Shown here: positions 24,707-35,077 of the stretch, one piece after another
How positions within the stretch are numbered: position 1 is the stretch's first letter
Layout: the number at the start of each line of letters is the position of its first letter
Virus record (IMG/VR): IMGVR_UViG_3300021387_000118
Span: 77,168-141,167 of that record
Source: a virus
DNA: 64,000 nt
Direction: 5' to 3' (one strand)
Made by a program: the position numbers and the translations under genes
Notes under the pieces: generated by a model
Told to the model about the DNA's origin: nothing
The model's input: only the letters and a program-made list of their open reading frames with translations
Databases searched by the model: none

Positions 24707-25162
24707 TTAATTCTTTCTTTTGCTAAATGTATCTGTCTGTGAATGACAATTTGGACAAAGAAACCTCAAATTTTCAATCCTGTTATCATTATGAACACCA
24801 TTTATATGATCTAACTATAATGATAGCGGACGATCATTCCACATACCAACATTGCCACAAATGGCACATTTATATTCCAATAAATCATTATTGATAATTC
24901 TAATCTTTAATCTTGATAAATTTTGATATGTAGAATTTTCAACTAATATCTCATCTAATGAATATTTTGTATTGTTTGGATTAAAGCTACCAGAGAAGTG
25001 ACTTGTCGAAATGTTTAATTCCTAACACCTTTTTTTGATTAAGTCGTAAGGATATCTGCCATTCTTCGTATAACCCAATTTTAAGACACATTGCAAATAC
25101 GAAGTAGAATTACTGATTAATTCTTTAAATTCATCATCTGATAATTTATATACTTTATTCAT
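24707..25162 (-). CDS. HNH homing endonuclease (two in-frame TAG)
   Basis: LDHINGVHNDNRIENLRFLCPNCH motif. GGAGGTAAAAGC SD ahead of the ATG. TAA at 24707, in frame. Confidence 0.7.
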
Positions 25163-25268
25163 GCTTTTACCTCCTATAGTAAAATATCCTAGAATTTAAA
25201 TGTGAGAGGAGAGGTCTAGGATCACCTCTCATACATGGTTAATTACTCCATGTATTTCTCACATTTGA

Positions 25269-25555
25269 CAGCCCATCTCCGATTCGAACGGAGGTTACCT
25301 CCTTCAGAGGGATATCACGGTTTTCTTACTACATTATGTTTCCATAACAGCATCTGCTTTGTAGTCTGGATCATCTCTTCAACTCAGAGAGTTGGGAACT
25401 ATATGATCTCTGCGCATTTAAATTAGCTCAGGATTGCCATATGAATAAAATCACTTAGGGTTTTCCTGAATTAGGTTCCTTTACATTTATGTTTCACAAC
25501 ATAACGCTCCACAAATAATGAGAGACCGGTGCACTAGCCGCTGTGCTAATGGGCT
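25269..25555 (-). tRNA. intron-split amber suppressor tRNA (anticodon CUA after splicing); exons 25555..25521 and 25324..25269
   Basis: 5' exon reads AGCCCAT-UA-GCAC/AGCGGCUA/GUGC-A-CCGGU-CUCU. 3' exon reads AAA-ACCGU, a 23-nt variable arm, CUCCG-UUCGAAU-CGGAG and AUGGGCU-G. Acceptor is 7/7 complementary, with a canonical D-arm and T-arm. Splicing gives the anticodon loop CUCUAAA. Confidence 0.6.
25325..25520 (-). ncRNA. group I intron (R3, 196 nt) inside the tRNA anticodon loop
   Basis: P1 pairs exon CUCU with IGS GGAG (25510..25507), giving the U.G pair at the splice site. R element CAGAGAUCAUAU (plus 25401..25412). S element AGAUGAUCCAG (plus 25366..25376). Terminal G at 25325. Confidence 0.6.
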
Positions 25556-25565
25556 ATAAGAAAAA

Positions 25566-25588
25566 AGAGCAGGATAATATCCTGCTCT
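25566..25588 (-). terminator. hairpin terminator after the portal gene
   Basis: 9-bp stem AGAGCAGGA/UCCUGCUCU followed by a U-run on the minus strand. Confidence 0.5.
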
Positions 25589-25594
25589 TAAAAA

Positions 25595-27226
25595 TCATTT
25601 ATCATCAACTATATTTCTAGTCCTTTCTGCACTGCCAGATATCTCATCGTCACTAACGCGATTTCTTCCGGCAGTAGAATCATCATTGCCAGTAGATTTA
25701 CGAGTAGCAGTGGTATCCCCCCATGCAGTATTATAACTAGATAATAATGGCACCATTATATCCTTAATTCCAATAGCATTTTCAAAAATAATCTAGCAAT
25801 ATGCCTCATATGGTGTATATCCTTGCGCTTCCAAATAAACCAAAGCACTAGATCCAAGCGTTGCGGCCTATCTAGTTGCCTCTATAAAAGTATCTTCATT
25901 GTACCATGTTTGTCTCAGTATACTAAATAAATAATTCTCACTGATATTCTTATCTATATAATATTGAAAATTATTCTCTAAACGCTCTACAAGAAGATAA
26001 GCATAAGCGCTGTCATTATTTAATGAATGTTTAATTCCAGCTGCGGAATTTGCATCAGCAGAAGAAACAACTGGTTCACTAACACCAATAGTCTTATATA
26101 AGTTTCTAATACTATTATTTACTATGTCAGTAGTGTCAGCTGTAGAATTCTAGTTAAATGAGACAGTCTCCAAAGACAGTCCTGGTAAAAGTCCAACTCC
26201 TACCAAATCAGGTACTATTGACTGCACCGCATCTTTATAAACAGATGCAATCTCTTCTGATACTTTAAAGTCATCTACTACATCACCATCTATAAGCGGA
26301 ATTCCAAGAAGAAGCAGCTTATAATTGTCCAATTCCGTCTTGTCCGCAAGGAGCTAGGAGTAGTCAATTATATCCAATAAATCAATAAAACTAGAACTTA
26401 AAAACGGTAAAGGATTTTCAAATTCATCGTCCAAAGAAGAGAGGAGAGTAATAGTATATTCACTCGGTATTATAAACCATCTAGTTTCTTGTTTATTCGA
26501 AGAATTCTGATATTCTCTCCATGCGTCCTAAAAACATTGATGCCAACATCCAGACGTATCTCCATTAATACCTTCCACAAATATTACATTTTGACCAATA
26601 CTAAAATATGTAAGATCAAACGCAACGATCCATTGTCCAGCTTCGTTCTTACCTCTTATCTTGCAATACTCCATTGGTAGCATATGCAAGAACATACCGT
26701 CTTCGCCATTATCATAGACAAACCCATAATAAACTCCATCTCTAATCGCAATAGCCATAGCCACTGCAAACTCTGTTTTGAAATTAAATTTATTTATATG
26801 TTTTAATACATTTTCATACTCCTTGATAATCTTATTAGTATTTGGACTCTTTGCAAATTCCATTTTCTGAACTAAATTATAGTTGTATAATGGCATTGTT
26901 GCATAATATAAAATAACCTTTTTATATAACGTTGACATACGCCATAAGAATCTCGAAACACCAACTATTTGATTTCTATAAGAGTATGGATTCGTCAAAT
27001 ATTGCTTGATTAACGATTTCGTATATTGAGTGAAACTCTGAGTACGATTTCTTGCAACATCCTGTAAAATCAATTCCTTTAATTTTTCGGTTTTTTTAAA
27101 ATCAAGGGCCGTAGGTCTACTGACAACCTCTTGCTCATCATTTTTCTTTTTTGGTAGTAAAGACTATGTCATAACTTTACTACGCTCATCAATCAGCGCC
27201 TCTTGCGCTTTAGGTTTTCTAGGCAT
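25595..27226 (-). CDS. portal protein (544 codons, several in-frame TAG), TGA stop
   Basis: ATG at 27226 with AAGGAGG as SD. ORFs 26528..27073 and 26150..26332 share its frame. TGA stop at 25595..25597. Sits between terminase and head genes. Confidence 0.6.
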
Positions 27227-27245
27227 GAAGCGCCTCCTTTCTTTA

Positions 27246-29003
27246 TCAACAATTATAAGTAGTAGAACGGCGAGGTGGAGTTATAGAAATATATTTAAAT
27301 AACTAATTTGTTGATTGCTTTGGTCTTAATTTTAATTCTAACTAACACATACACCAATAATTATAAGCAATAGAAGAATAGCGGTCTTTTCGCATACCAG
27401 ACTATTCTTTAACTTTAATATTACCGTTCTTAACTTCGTGATCTAATTTAATTAATTCATATTCTGCCATAGTGGTTTGTAAATATGGCATTTTTATATA
27501 AGCTCGATCTGTTGGAGAAAGCTTAGAATAAGGCTTATAAGATTTTGAAATCTCTTCTTCGCATTCCTAATCTGAAATAAGAAAACTGATTCTTCCATTT
27601 TGTATCCCGTTTCTTAGTAAAACACATATTTCATTATTAAAATTGGCACCCGCTTTAACGGACCAGACCACTTTATTGGCATCTTTAACCTTACAGCGAA
27701 TCGCCATATCATCATCATTAATACATGTTAATGCCTTATAGGTTTTGCCAGTTGAAGAATCGTATTGATCTTTACAAATATAGTCAAAGATTCCAATTCC
27801 CAAACCTCCTGTATCAACTACTAAATCGGTACATTTATATTCATAAAAATAGCGCATAACAATAATTCCAAGTTCATCTGTTGTCAACCCTTCAAAAGTC
27901 TCTCCATAAACAAAATTTGAATGATAACTTGTATCATCCTATTGGATTGCGCTATTAATATACAAGGCAGCAGCATCGTTTTTCTTTTTCTTTGTTGAAC
28001 CCATAAGAGCAACGTCAACAGAAAGAATTCTTTTTTCTGTTGCAGAAACATCAGGAATTCGAATTTTATCATTATAGAATTTTAATGGTAGTAAAGCATT
28101 TTTGATTTTTCTCTATTTATTTATCTCTTCCCACTTAAAGAGATTATCACCATCATCTCCGACCCACATGCATTCCATTTCCATAGTAAAAGCGAGTTCA
28201 TTAAAGTCCGCCTCTGATTTTTCATCCATTACTTGCTCCCTAGATAAGAGTCCTTCCTTAATACTCAATTGATACGGCAATCCACAACAAAAATATCTTT
28301 TAGAATCATCAAAGAAATTAGCCACATATGCTTGTAGTTTTTTCCATGCCCACGAACTTTTAAAATACGCACTAGACATATATATTTCCTTATTTCGTTC
28401 TTGAAGATGTGAATATTCTGGTTTATTTAAATAACCAGGTTGTCTGGGGCTAGTTAAAAACTTCCTAATAACAAGATTCAAAATAGTTTCATCAACCATG
28501 CGGAATTCATCAACAACAATTATATTTGCCCTAGCGCCACGAGCATTATCGGTACTAGTCCTCGTTGTAATCCAAGATCCATTTTTAAACATGATGATCG
28601 CATCGTTCTATCCTATATTACATTTCTCAATTTCGGTACATAATATAGGTGACATTTTCATTAGTTCATCCTATATTTTTAAAAGCACACCATTAGCCTG
28701 TTTAAGAGTTCCAGAACAAACAACAATCTTACTCCCAGGATATAAAATACATCTTACAACACAGAAGAGCGCAGTAAGCCATGATTTTGACATACCACGA
28801 GCAGCAATGAACATAAAATAATTATAATGCATCATTGCCCATATTAATATTTTCTAAAATAATTTTAAATGTATTCCAAGTACTTCTTCCACAAATCTTT
28901 CTGGATTTGCTCTATAATAAGCTGCTCGAAAAGCAACCGTATTCATTATTTTCTATTCCTTATCCTGAGCAATTTCGCGAATAGTTTTTTTTCTTTCTTT
29001 CAT
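27246..29003 (-). CDS. terL: terminase large subunit (586 codons, at least 6 in-frame TAG), TGA stop
   Basis: Walker-B-like IIVVDEF and nuclease-like VVDTGGLGIGIFDY. ATG at 29003 overlaps the upstream TAA. Fragments 28113..28592 and 27567..27887 are in the same frame. Confidence 0.65.
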
Positions 29004-30061
29004 TATAATTCATCGACCTCAGATCCGAATATTTGATCAAACAAAGTTTCAGAATCCGTATCTTCATCATATTGCGGTTTATCAACTGTATATTTTTTGA
29101 TAAACCTTTCATATGTATGAGAAAATGCATTTTTTAACCCCATCATTCGAGACATATGACCTTTAAAAAATACATCAAGATATAAGCCTATCTTATTAAC
29201 TGAACGAAATTCTTCGTCAGGCTCAGGAATAGGTTTCTCATTTTCCCATTTTTGTATCAGTTGCCCAAACGTTTTTGCTTCCGTAAGTGCATTTGAATTA
29301 TTTTGATTTGGTTTTAAAGACATGCTGCCCATAAGATCCTAAAGTGTTTTATCTAATTCTTTCGTATCTTTTCCGGTTCTTTGAGCCTTATCAATCTCTA
29401 ATTCTTTAAAACAAATTCGTTTAAACAATATTTCTTGCGCCTTATTCTCACAGGCATAACGTTTAATCCAGTCTTGATACTCAGATTCTAAAAATAATAA
29501 ATCTGAATTACTATATCCATCACCAAAACGTTTTTTTGCTTGTTTAAGCGTTCTGGAGTTTTCATTTATTTCTTCTTCATCCTTATCTAAATAATCAGCC
29601 GGAAGTTCTGAATCCTTCCAAGTTTTCCCACGCCAATTTGGAAGCGATTTTATAACCGTTATATAATGCTAATAAGCAGTACTTCTATGTTTATCCTATA
29701 TATCTGCACCGCAAGAAGTGAGAGCAGATTGATACATGGAATCAATGTACGGAAGATCCATCATCTTTAACACATCCATTGTTTTTTCACGATTATCCGT
29801 ATACTGATTTGTTTTCTTATCATAATCACAAGCCATCCCAATCAAACATTTTTTGCATATAGGAAATAATCCGCTTGAGTAGTTCTTATCACTATAAAAA
29901 GCATCAACATTATGGAATTCATTACATTTATGACAAAAGTATAAATTACCATCTAATATTCTATTATAATCTTTGGCGAGATTGTTATAGGCTTGCCTAA
30001 TCTATGCAACGCCAGTTTTACGAACCTCGTCTTCTGTCAAAGCTGGTTTCAGCCTAATCAT
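29003..30061 (-). CDS. late Zn-finger protein (353 codons, 4 in-frame TAG); small-terminase candidate by position
   Basis: ATG at 30061 with GGAGATGAGATA as SD. Continuous frame to the TAA at 29003 through 4 TAGs. CHKCNEFH..CKKC motif. Confidence 0.4.
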
Positions 30062-30304
30062 TATCTCATCTCCTTTTAATCATCATAAATAAAAAAAATC
30101 GCCGTCATATATCCAACGATTAGTATTGACAATCAAGAATGGCATTTTCTCCCCTCCAATAACGGGAAATCTAGGTAACGATCCTAGCTTTTGCGTTTAA
30201 CAGCCGCACGTACTTCCAATGTACTAATTTCCCGACAAAATTTAAAATAGAGAGGGCAGTAGCCCTCTCAAAAAGTATAGTGTTGATAATACTATACTGG
30301 AGAC

Positions 30305-30865
30305 TCAATCAAAGACATACTCACAAAGCAAATCATGAATCATATCATCTGTAAGTTTCTTTGTTCCTCTATAAGTAAACTTATAATGATTGCCATCGGA
30401 GTGATCACAAAAAGTAAATCCATAACCATCATCGGTCTTGCAGACACATGCATTACTATCAGCAGCAGTATCATCTGAATCATGCACGTCATCAAATCCA
30501 AATTCTGTTACCCCGTGAGAAGAATTTGTTTCAAGATACTGGTCTATAAAATCCTCCTCAACAAATGCGTAATCTGTCTCCATCATTAAATAGCAGTCAT
30601 GAAGATCGTTATATATTTTGCCAGTATATATTCCTCCGTCTTGTAATTCAAGATACCACGCATCATCATAGCCATCATAATCATACTCATCTAATTGACC
30701 ACCAACAAAACGAACATCATCAACCATTTTGATAATAGTATTCATGGCTTCTTGAATTATTTCATAATAACCAACAACTACAATTTTTTTGTCGCTATCA
30801 TTATCATATAAATCGATAATGTCACCAATTATTTCATATATATCATCTACAACAATTTTTTTCAT
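30305..30865 (-). CDS. acidic hypothetical protein
   Basis: 186-aa ORF with no TAG. TGA stop. Confidence 0.45.
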   Translation of the reverse strand: MKKIVVDDIYEIIGDIIDLYDNDSDKKIVVVGYYEIIQEAMNTIIKMVDDVRFVGGQLDEYDYDGYDDAWYLELQDGGIYTGKIYNDLHDCYLMMETDYAFVEEDFIDQYLETNSSHGVTEFGFDDVHDSDDTAADSNACVCKTDDGYGFTFCDHSDGNHYKFTYRGTKKLTDDMIHDLLCEYVFD

Positions 30866-30884
30866 TTATTTCTCCTTTTAATCC

Positions 30885-32081
30885 TTAATCAAATTTAATA
30901 TTATAGATACATTCCAGCCCATAATTCTTAGAAATAACAAAAGGAGATTGTTCTGCCTTACCAATTAATCGTCTCGATAAAGCATATTCGTCTGTTCCAA
31001 CAAAAGAACCAGATTGGATTACTTTTGTGTTTCCACTAGTTGTCATAGCATTAAAATGTCTATGTCCAAGAACAATTATATCTGGAATATATCCTAACAA
31101 CTTCGTCATGTTTTTTGTAGCATTATCCATGTTATCTAAATCACCATGTACAAAAACAATCTTTTGATTATCTACGTTTACAACAACAATCCCAGGATCA
31201 ATCTCATTATCATAGCAATGAATATTAGGGTAGTTTTGAAGTTTGGATCTCACGAACGGAACAACGAAATTTTCGATATTCTCATGTGCCAAACTGTCTT
31301 CTTTTTTCGCATTCATACGACCATGATTTCCTGGAGCAACATAGAATTTAACAGAATTAAACATTGTACTTAAAATCATTAAAAAATCACAAACGTAATC
31401 TGTTACTATCAAAAACTGATCAATTAAATCCTGGTTATTTTGTAATCTCAAATTATTATGTATTTGACCACTACACAGTTCACTACCTAAAACAATAACA
31501 TCTTCAGCACCATGTCTAATCGCAATATCATGAATTCTATCAAGATAAGCATTTAACATCTGTCGAAGGATATCTATATCATAATCATTCCAACGATTAT
31601 GAATCTCAATACCGCAGTGGATATCAGTTAAAGGTACGACAAGAGTAGTAGCACCACGAATTATTTCTTTATGACTAGCCGGATCATATTCTAATGGTCG
31701 ATTACTAGCAGCCTCTTCAATTGAACGTACAAACAATTCAAGATAAGATTCTTTCCTAGCTTCCTCACGAATTAGCTTATTGTATTGATTTCTTTCATCC
31801 CGTAGTTTCACCTTTTCTTTTTCGAGTTCTCTACGGAGTTCAATTAAATCATCCTCAGTATTATCAATCATTTCATTCTGAACGGCCTTAATACTTGCGT
31901 ATTTTTTCCTGTAAGCAGACTCTCCCCATTCCTCACCGTCACTACGACAATTCTTATTAAATACATTTGCTAATTCGTGCCATGTTTTATCTATAATCCC
32001 ATCTTCTTTCATAGTTCCAAGACGCTTTACATAATTCAATTCTGTTTCTCCAGGCTTACGACTAAGATCAATATAAGACAT
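30885..32081 (-). CDS. metallophosphoesterase, SbcD/Mre11-like nuclease
   Basis: Motifs DIHCG, GNHG and GHRH of the calcineurin-like phosphoesterases. Confidence 0.55.
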   Translation of the reverse strand: MSYIDLSRKPGETELNYVKRLGTMKEDGIIDKTWHELANVFNKNCRSDGEEWGESAYRKKYASIKAVQNEMIDNTEDDLIELRRELEKEKVKLRDERNQYNKLIREEARKESYLELFVRSIEEAASNRPLEYDPASHKEIIRGATTLVVPLTDIHCGIEIHNRWNDYDIDILRQMLNAYLDRIHDIAIRHGAEDVIVLGSELCSGQIHNNLRLQNNQDLIDQFLIVTDYVCDFLMILSTMFNSVKFYVAPGNHGRMNAKKEDSLAHENIENFVVPFVRSKLQNYPNIHCYDNEIDPGIVVVNVDNQKIVFVHGDLDNMDNATKNMTKLLGYIPDIIVLGHRHFNAMTTSGNTKVIQSGSFVGTDEYALSRRLIGKAEQSPFVISKNYGLECIYNIKFD

Positions 32082-32086
32082 CTATA

Positions 32087-32305
32087 TCAATCCTCCTCAA
32101 ATTCATCGGTAAGATCTTCATCTGTTTTAAGTGCAAGACTGAGTTCAATAGGCTGACCAGCAAACTTTTCAAAGCACTTTGATACGGGGATCTCCATTTC
32201 TTCCTTATCTCCATTAACATAAGTGATTATCTTACCATCATTAGAAAGTTCACCCTTAATACTAAACTTCTTTGTTGTTACCTTATTATACTTATAATTC
32301 TGCAT
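32087..32305 (-). CDS. hypothetical protein
   Basis: 72-aa ORF. Confidence 0.35.
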   Translation of the reverse strand: MQNYKYNKVTTKKFSIKGELSNDGKIITYVNGDKEEMEIPVSKCFEKFAGQPIELSLALKTDEDLTDEFEED

Positions 32306-32334
32306 TTTTATTTTCTCCTTTTAATCCTTAATTA

Positions 32335-32652
32335 TTATTTACTTGACATTTTTAAAGTGACTCCAGAATTTTGCTTTGACCGTTGAAAAGTATTATTTTT
32401 TTCAAATAACGTAATAGCCATAGCTTCTTCTCTGGAAAATCCTGCGTCTTCCAATGATTTGACTTTTTTCGCATATAATTTGGAATCAACCTCAAACCAC
32501 TCATCGTTATCAACTAAATCTTTATAAACGCTCAAAAGTTCTCTGCCAATTGTATAAATTAATCCCTTATATTTCTTAAAAACATCCGATATTATCAGAT
32601 TTAAACTAGTTGGATCTTCCGATAAAAGATCCAATAACGTATTTAAATTCAT
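32335..32652 (-). CDS. hypothetical protein
   Basis: 105-aa ORF. Confidence 0.35.
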   Translation of the reverse strand: MNLNTLLDLLSEDPTSLNLIISDVFKKYKGLIYTIGRELLSVYKDLVDNDEWFEVDSKLYAKKVKSLEDAGFSREEAMAITLFEKNNTFQRSKQNSGVTLKMSSK

Positions 32653-32691
32653 ATCCTTTTAATCCTTTCATATATAAAGAAAGGATGAGAA

Positions 32692-33303
32692 TTAGAGTAT
32701 CTCATCCATATCACAATCTTCACCAATTATCTTATGAACAATTCCAAAACTTTTTGCTTTGTCTGGATACATCCACATCTCTTGTTCATAAACACTATCG
32801 TAAAACTCTGATGTCATAGTAGTTTTAGAAAGTATAAACGCTTTAGCTCGTTCTTCTTGAGAATCAAAAAACTCAACGTTATTCTTTGCTTTACTACGAG
32901 AGTTTTCGATTAATATATCCCCTTCGTGCTGCAAAAAGGCGCTATCTTTGTACGAGTACCTAACGTGACATGCAAGATAGCAAAGATATGCGGCACTAGC
33001 TACAAGGTCAAGAGCAATTCCCCAGATTGGAGTTTTACTGGCTTCAATTACGTCAATCATATTGTTTGCATTAAATACATTTCCGCCAGGAGAGCTAATA
33101 AACAGCTTAATAGGCTGTCTGCTTTCAATGGGCAAGTTTTTATCTTCCTTATTCCATTTAAGAATATACATAATATAATCTTCAATTACATTCTCACTGA
33201 TTTCATCATTCATGAACAATGTTCTATCCTGAAGAAACTCTCTATATAATTCATCAAAAGCACTATCATTATTATTTCCAGCAATAGCAAGTAAATCAGC
33301 CAT
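32692..33303 (-). CDS. ClpP-like serine peptidase
   Basis: ISSPGGNV and DLVASAAY resemble ClpP (S14) motifs. Confidence 0.4.
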   Translation of the reverse strand: MADLLAIAGNNNDSAFDELYREFLQDRTLFMNDEISENVIEDYIMYILKWNKEDKNLPIESRQPIKLFISSPGGNVFNANNMIDVIEASKTPIWGIALDLVASAAYLCYLACHVRYSYKDSAFLQHEGDILIENSRSKAKNNVEFFDSQEERAKAFILSKTTMTSEFYDSVYEQEMWMYPDKAKSFGIVHKIIGEDCDMDEIL

Positions 33304-33309
33304 ATGTAA

Positions 33310-33627
33310 TCACTCCTTTACCGTTGTTAATTCCGCAATCTTCTTGTTTAATTCATCAATCTGTTTTTTAAGATCAGCTGTTTCAGATTGTTCACGAGAT
33401 TTCTTATTTTCATCAATTAATTCCGCGAATACTTTTTGAAATTCATCTGTATCCTTAAACACAAACACACTTCGTTTTCCATCTGGATCTGACCTGTCCG
33501 CCTTAACATCAATAATTTCCTGACCCTTATGCAAAAGCTGTCGTGCAATTTGTGCCTTTCTAATAACTTTACCCTTAATCTCAGGTTCCATATTTTCAAA
33601 CGAATTTTTTGTTGTAATAATATTCAT
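33310..33627 (-). CDS. coiled-coil hypothetical protein
   Basis: 105-aa ORF. Confidence 0.35.
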   Translation of the reverse strand: MNIITTKNSFENMEPEIKGKVIRKAQIARQLLHKGQEIIDVKADRSDPDGKRSVFVFKDTDEFQKVFAELIDENKKSREQSETADLKKQIDELNKKIAELTTVKE

Positions 33628-33642
33628 ATTGTTATTCTCCTT

Positions 33643-34476
33643 TTAATCCTTATTTTGAAACATGTTCGCATAAAGCTGACTTGTTTCACTTCGTACATCA
33701 GCATCTAACGCAATACATGCAAATAGTTTGTTACCTTTTAATTCATTACACATTTTAACTAACGGATTATTAGACGAAACATCTAATAATGATTGTTTAA
33801 TATCTCCATTCCAAAAAATTCTTCCCTCTTCACCAATTCGAGTTCCGATTAATCTAATTTGTTTCTCTGTCAGATCTTCAGCCTCGTCGATGCAAATTAT
33901 GCAGGAAGGATAGGTGGTCCCTTTCATATATGTTGGAATATTAAATTCAATAACACCTTGGTCTTGCAACCTATCTACTTCATATTCTTGACCCTCAAAT
34001 TGCTGTTTTATAGGTAATGACCAAACAGAATGTTTTTCTTCAAATGTACCTTTCAGATATCCCTCGGATCTACCTTCTCCCCACGGCTCGCGAACAAAGC
34101 AGATTTTGGACTGCCACCCTTTTTCTCTTACGCAGTAATCAGCCATCCTAGTAACTAAATAACTTTTTCCTCCACCAGGCACTCCAAGAATTGCACATAC
34201 AGTAATATCTTTATTATTCAACATATCTAATGCGCATCTCTGTAATGCGTTTTTACCTTTGATAATTTTCGATGGTGGAAGTTTTAAACTAACAAACTTT
34301 TCACCGTCAAACCGCATTTCCTTTTCTGAATTATCATCCGTGTTTTTGATAATTAAATATTCATTACAATACCAATCATCAAGACTCATATCATTCATAT
34401 AGTCATTTATCTCATTAGTATTTCCAGAAATTGACTTATAACCTTTATATATAGACAAATCCTCACTTCCCCTCAA
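33643..34476 (-). CDS. P-loop NTPase (PhoH-like)
   Basis: Walker A motif GVPGGGKSY. Confidence 0.5.
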   Translation of the reverse strand: MRGSEDLSIYKGYKSISGNTNEINDYMNDMSLDDWYCNEYLIIKNTDDNSEKEMRFDGEKFVSLKLPPSKIIKGKNALQRCALDMLNNKDITVCAILGVPGGGKSYLVTRMADYCVREKGWQSKICFVREPWGEGRSEGYLKGTFEEKHSVWSLPIKQQFEGQEYEVDRLQDQGVIEFNIPTYMKGTTYPSCIICIDEAEDLTEKQIRLIGTRIGEEGRIFWNGDIKQSLLDVSSNNPLVKMCNELKGNKLFACIALDADVRSETSQLYANMFQNKD

Positions 34477-34672
34477 CAGTATATGTATGGTCTTTCCTAT
34501 ATTGATTCAATAATTTTACTGCTTTAGGACTAGTTGTTAAAAAATAAGTCTTCGCATTTTTTCCATGACTCCTAGAACTCATATGAACATCATGCCCAAG
34601 TCCGGCCTCACGGATCATAAAAGCCTCTGCTTTTGTAATATCTATCATATATATTGATTCCTTTTCTTTCAT
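34463..34672 (-). CDS. small hypothetical protein
   Basis: 69-aa ORF. Confidence 0.3.
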   Translation of the reverse strand: MKEKESIYMIDITKAEAFMIREAGLGHDVHMSSRSHGKNAKTYFLTTSPKAVKLLNQYRKDHTYTVEGK

Positions 34673-34687
34673 TTTATTTACGCAACA

Positions 34688-34713
34688 AAAATAGGAGAGT
34701 GGTATACTCTCCT
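34688..34713 (-). terminator. hairpin terminator after tRNA-Pro
   Basis: 8-bp stem AGGAGAGU/ACUCUCCU followed by a U-run on the minus strand. Confidence 0.4.
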
Positions 34714-34740
34714 TAAAACTTTACGCATAATGTTTTTTAG

Positions 34741-34812
34741 TTGGGATGACTGGAGTCGGACCAGCCTGATCTAGTTCCCAAAACTAGGGCCTAACCGCTA
34801 GGCTACATCCCA
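34741..34812 (-). tRNA. tRNA-Pro (anticodon UGG)
   Basis: Hand-folded cloverleaf. Acceptor UGGGAUG/CAUCCCA, D-stem GCCU/AGGC, anticodon stem CUAGU/ACUAG, loop UUUGGGA, T-stem GCUGG/CCAGU. Confidence 0.6.
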
Positions 34813-35077
34813 AAAAATGTCGGGTGAGTGCACGTAAACTCACGCTTCTACTTCTGGATTTCACAAACTTTATTATGGAGTTATTCCTCCGGTGTTCCAT
34901 ATAATAGCTATATTTTCTTCTCGGCTTTTTAACTCTAAGAGTCGCTACCTTGCCTACCGACATAAATAACTAGACACTATGTTAATTCAATCTTTCTTTG
35001 AAACAGTTCTACGCATTAACCTATATTTGTTCATATAATATAATTTTTTGCTGTTAGTGTCTAAATAATATTTCCAA

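Noticed and set aside
25230-25260. Hairpin UGAGAGG..CCUCUCA just downstream of the tRNA 3' exon as part of the tRNA
   Set aside because: It lies outside the 3' acceptor end. It is more likely a processing or termination hairpin between the tRNA and the HNH gene.
25269-25304. tRNA 3' half as an attP core of an integrative element
   Set aside because: The matching 5' half (acceptor plus D-arm, 7/7 complementary) lies 230 nt upstream. A group I intron with correct P1/P7 and terminal G lies between them. So a split gene is more parsimonious than an att fragment.
25595-29003. TGA (or TAA) recoding
   Set aside because: TGA and TAA are never seen in-frame inside the continuous frames examined. They terminate portal, TerL, MCP and the replication genes.
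1-30061. In-frame stops as sequencing or assembly errors or pseudogenes
   Set aside because: The interruptions are exclusively TAG, always in-frame, confined to one functional module, and occur dozens of times. A cognate CUA tRNA is encoded.
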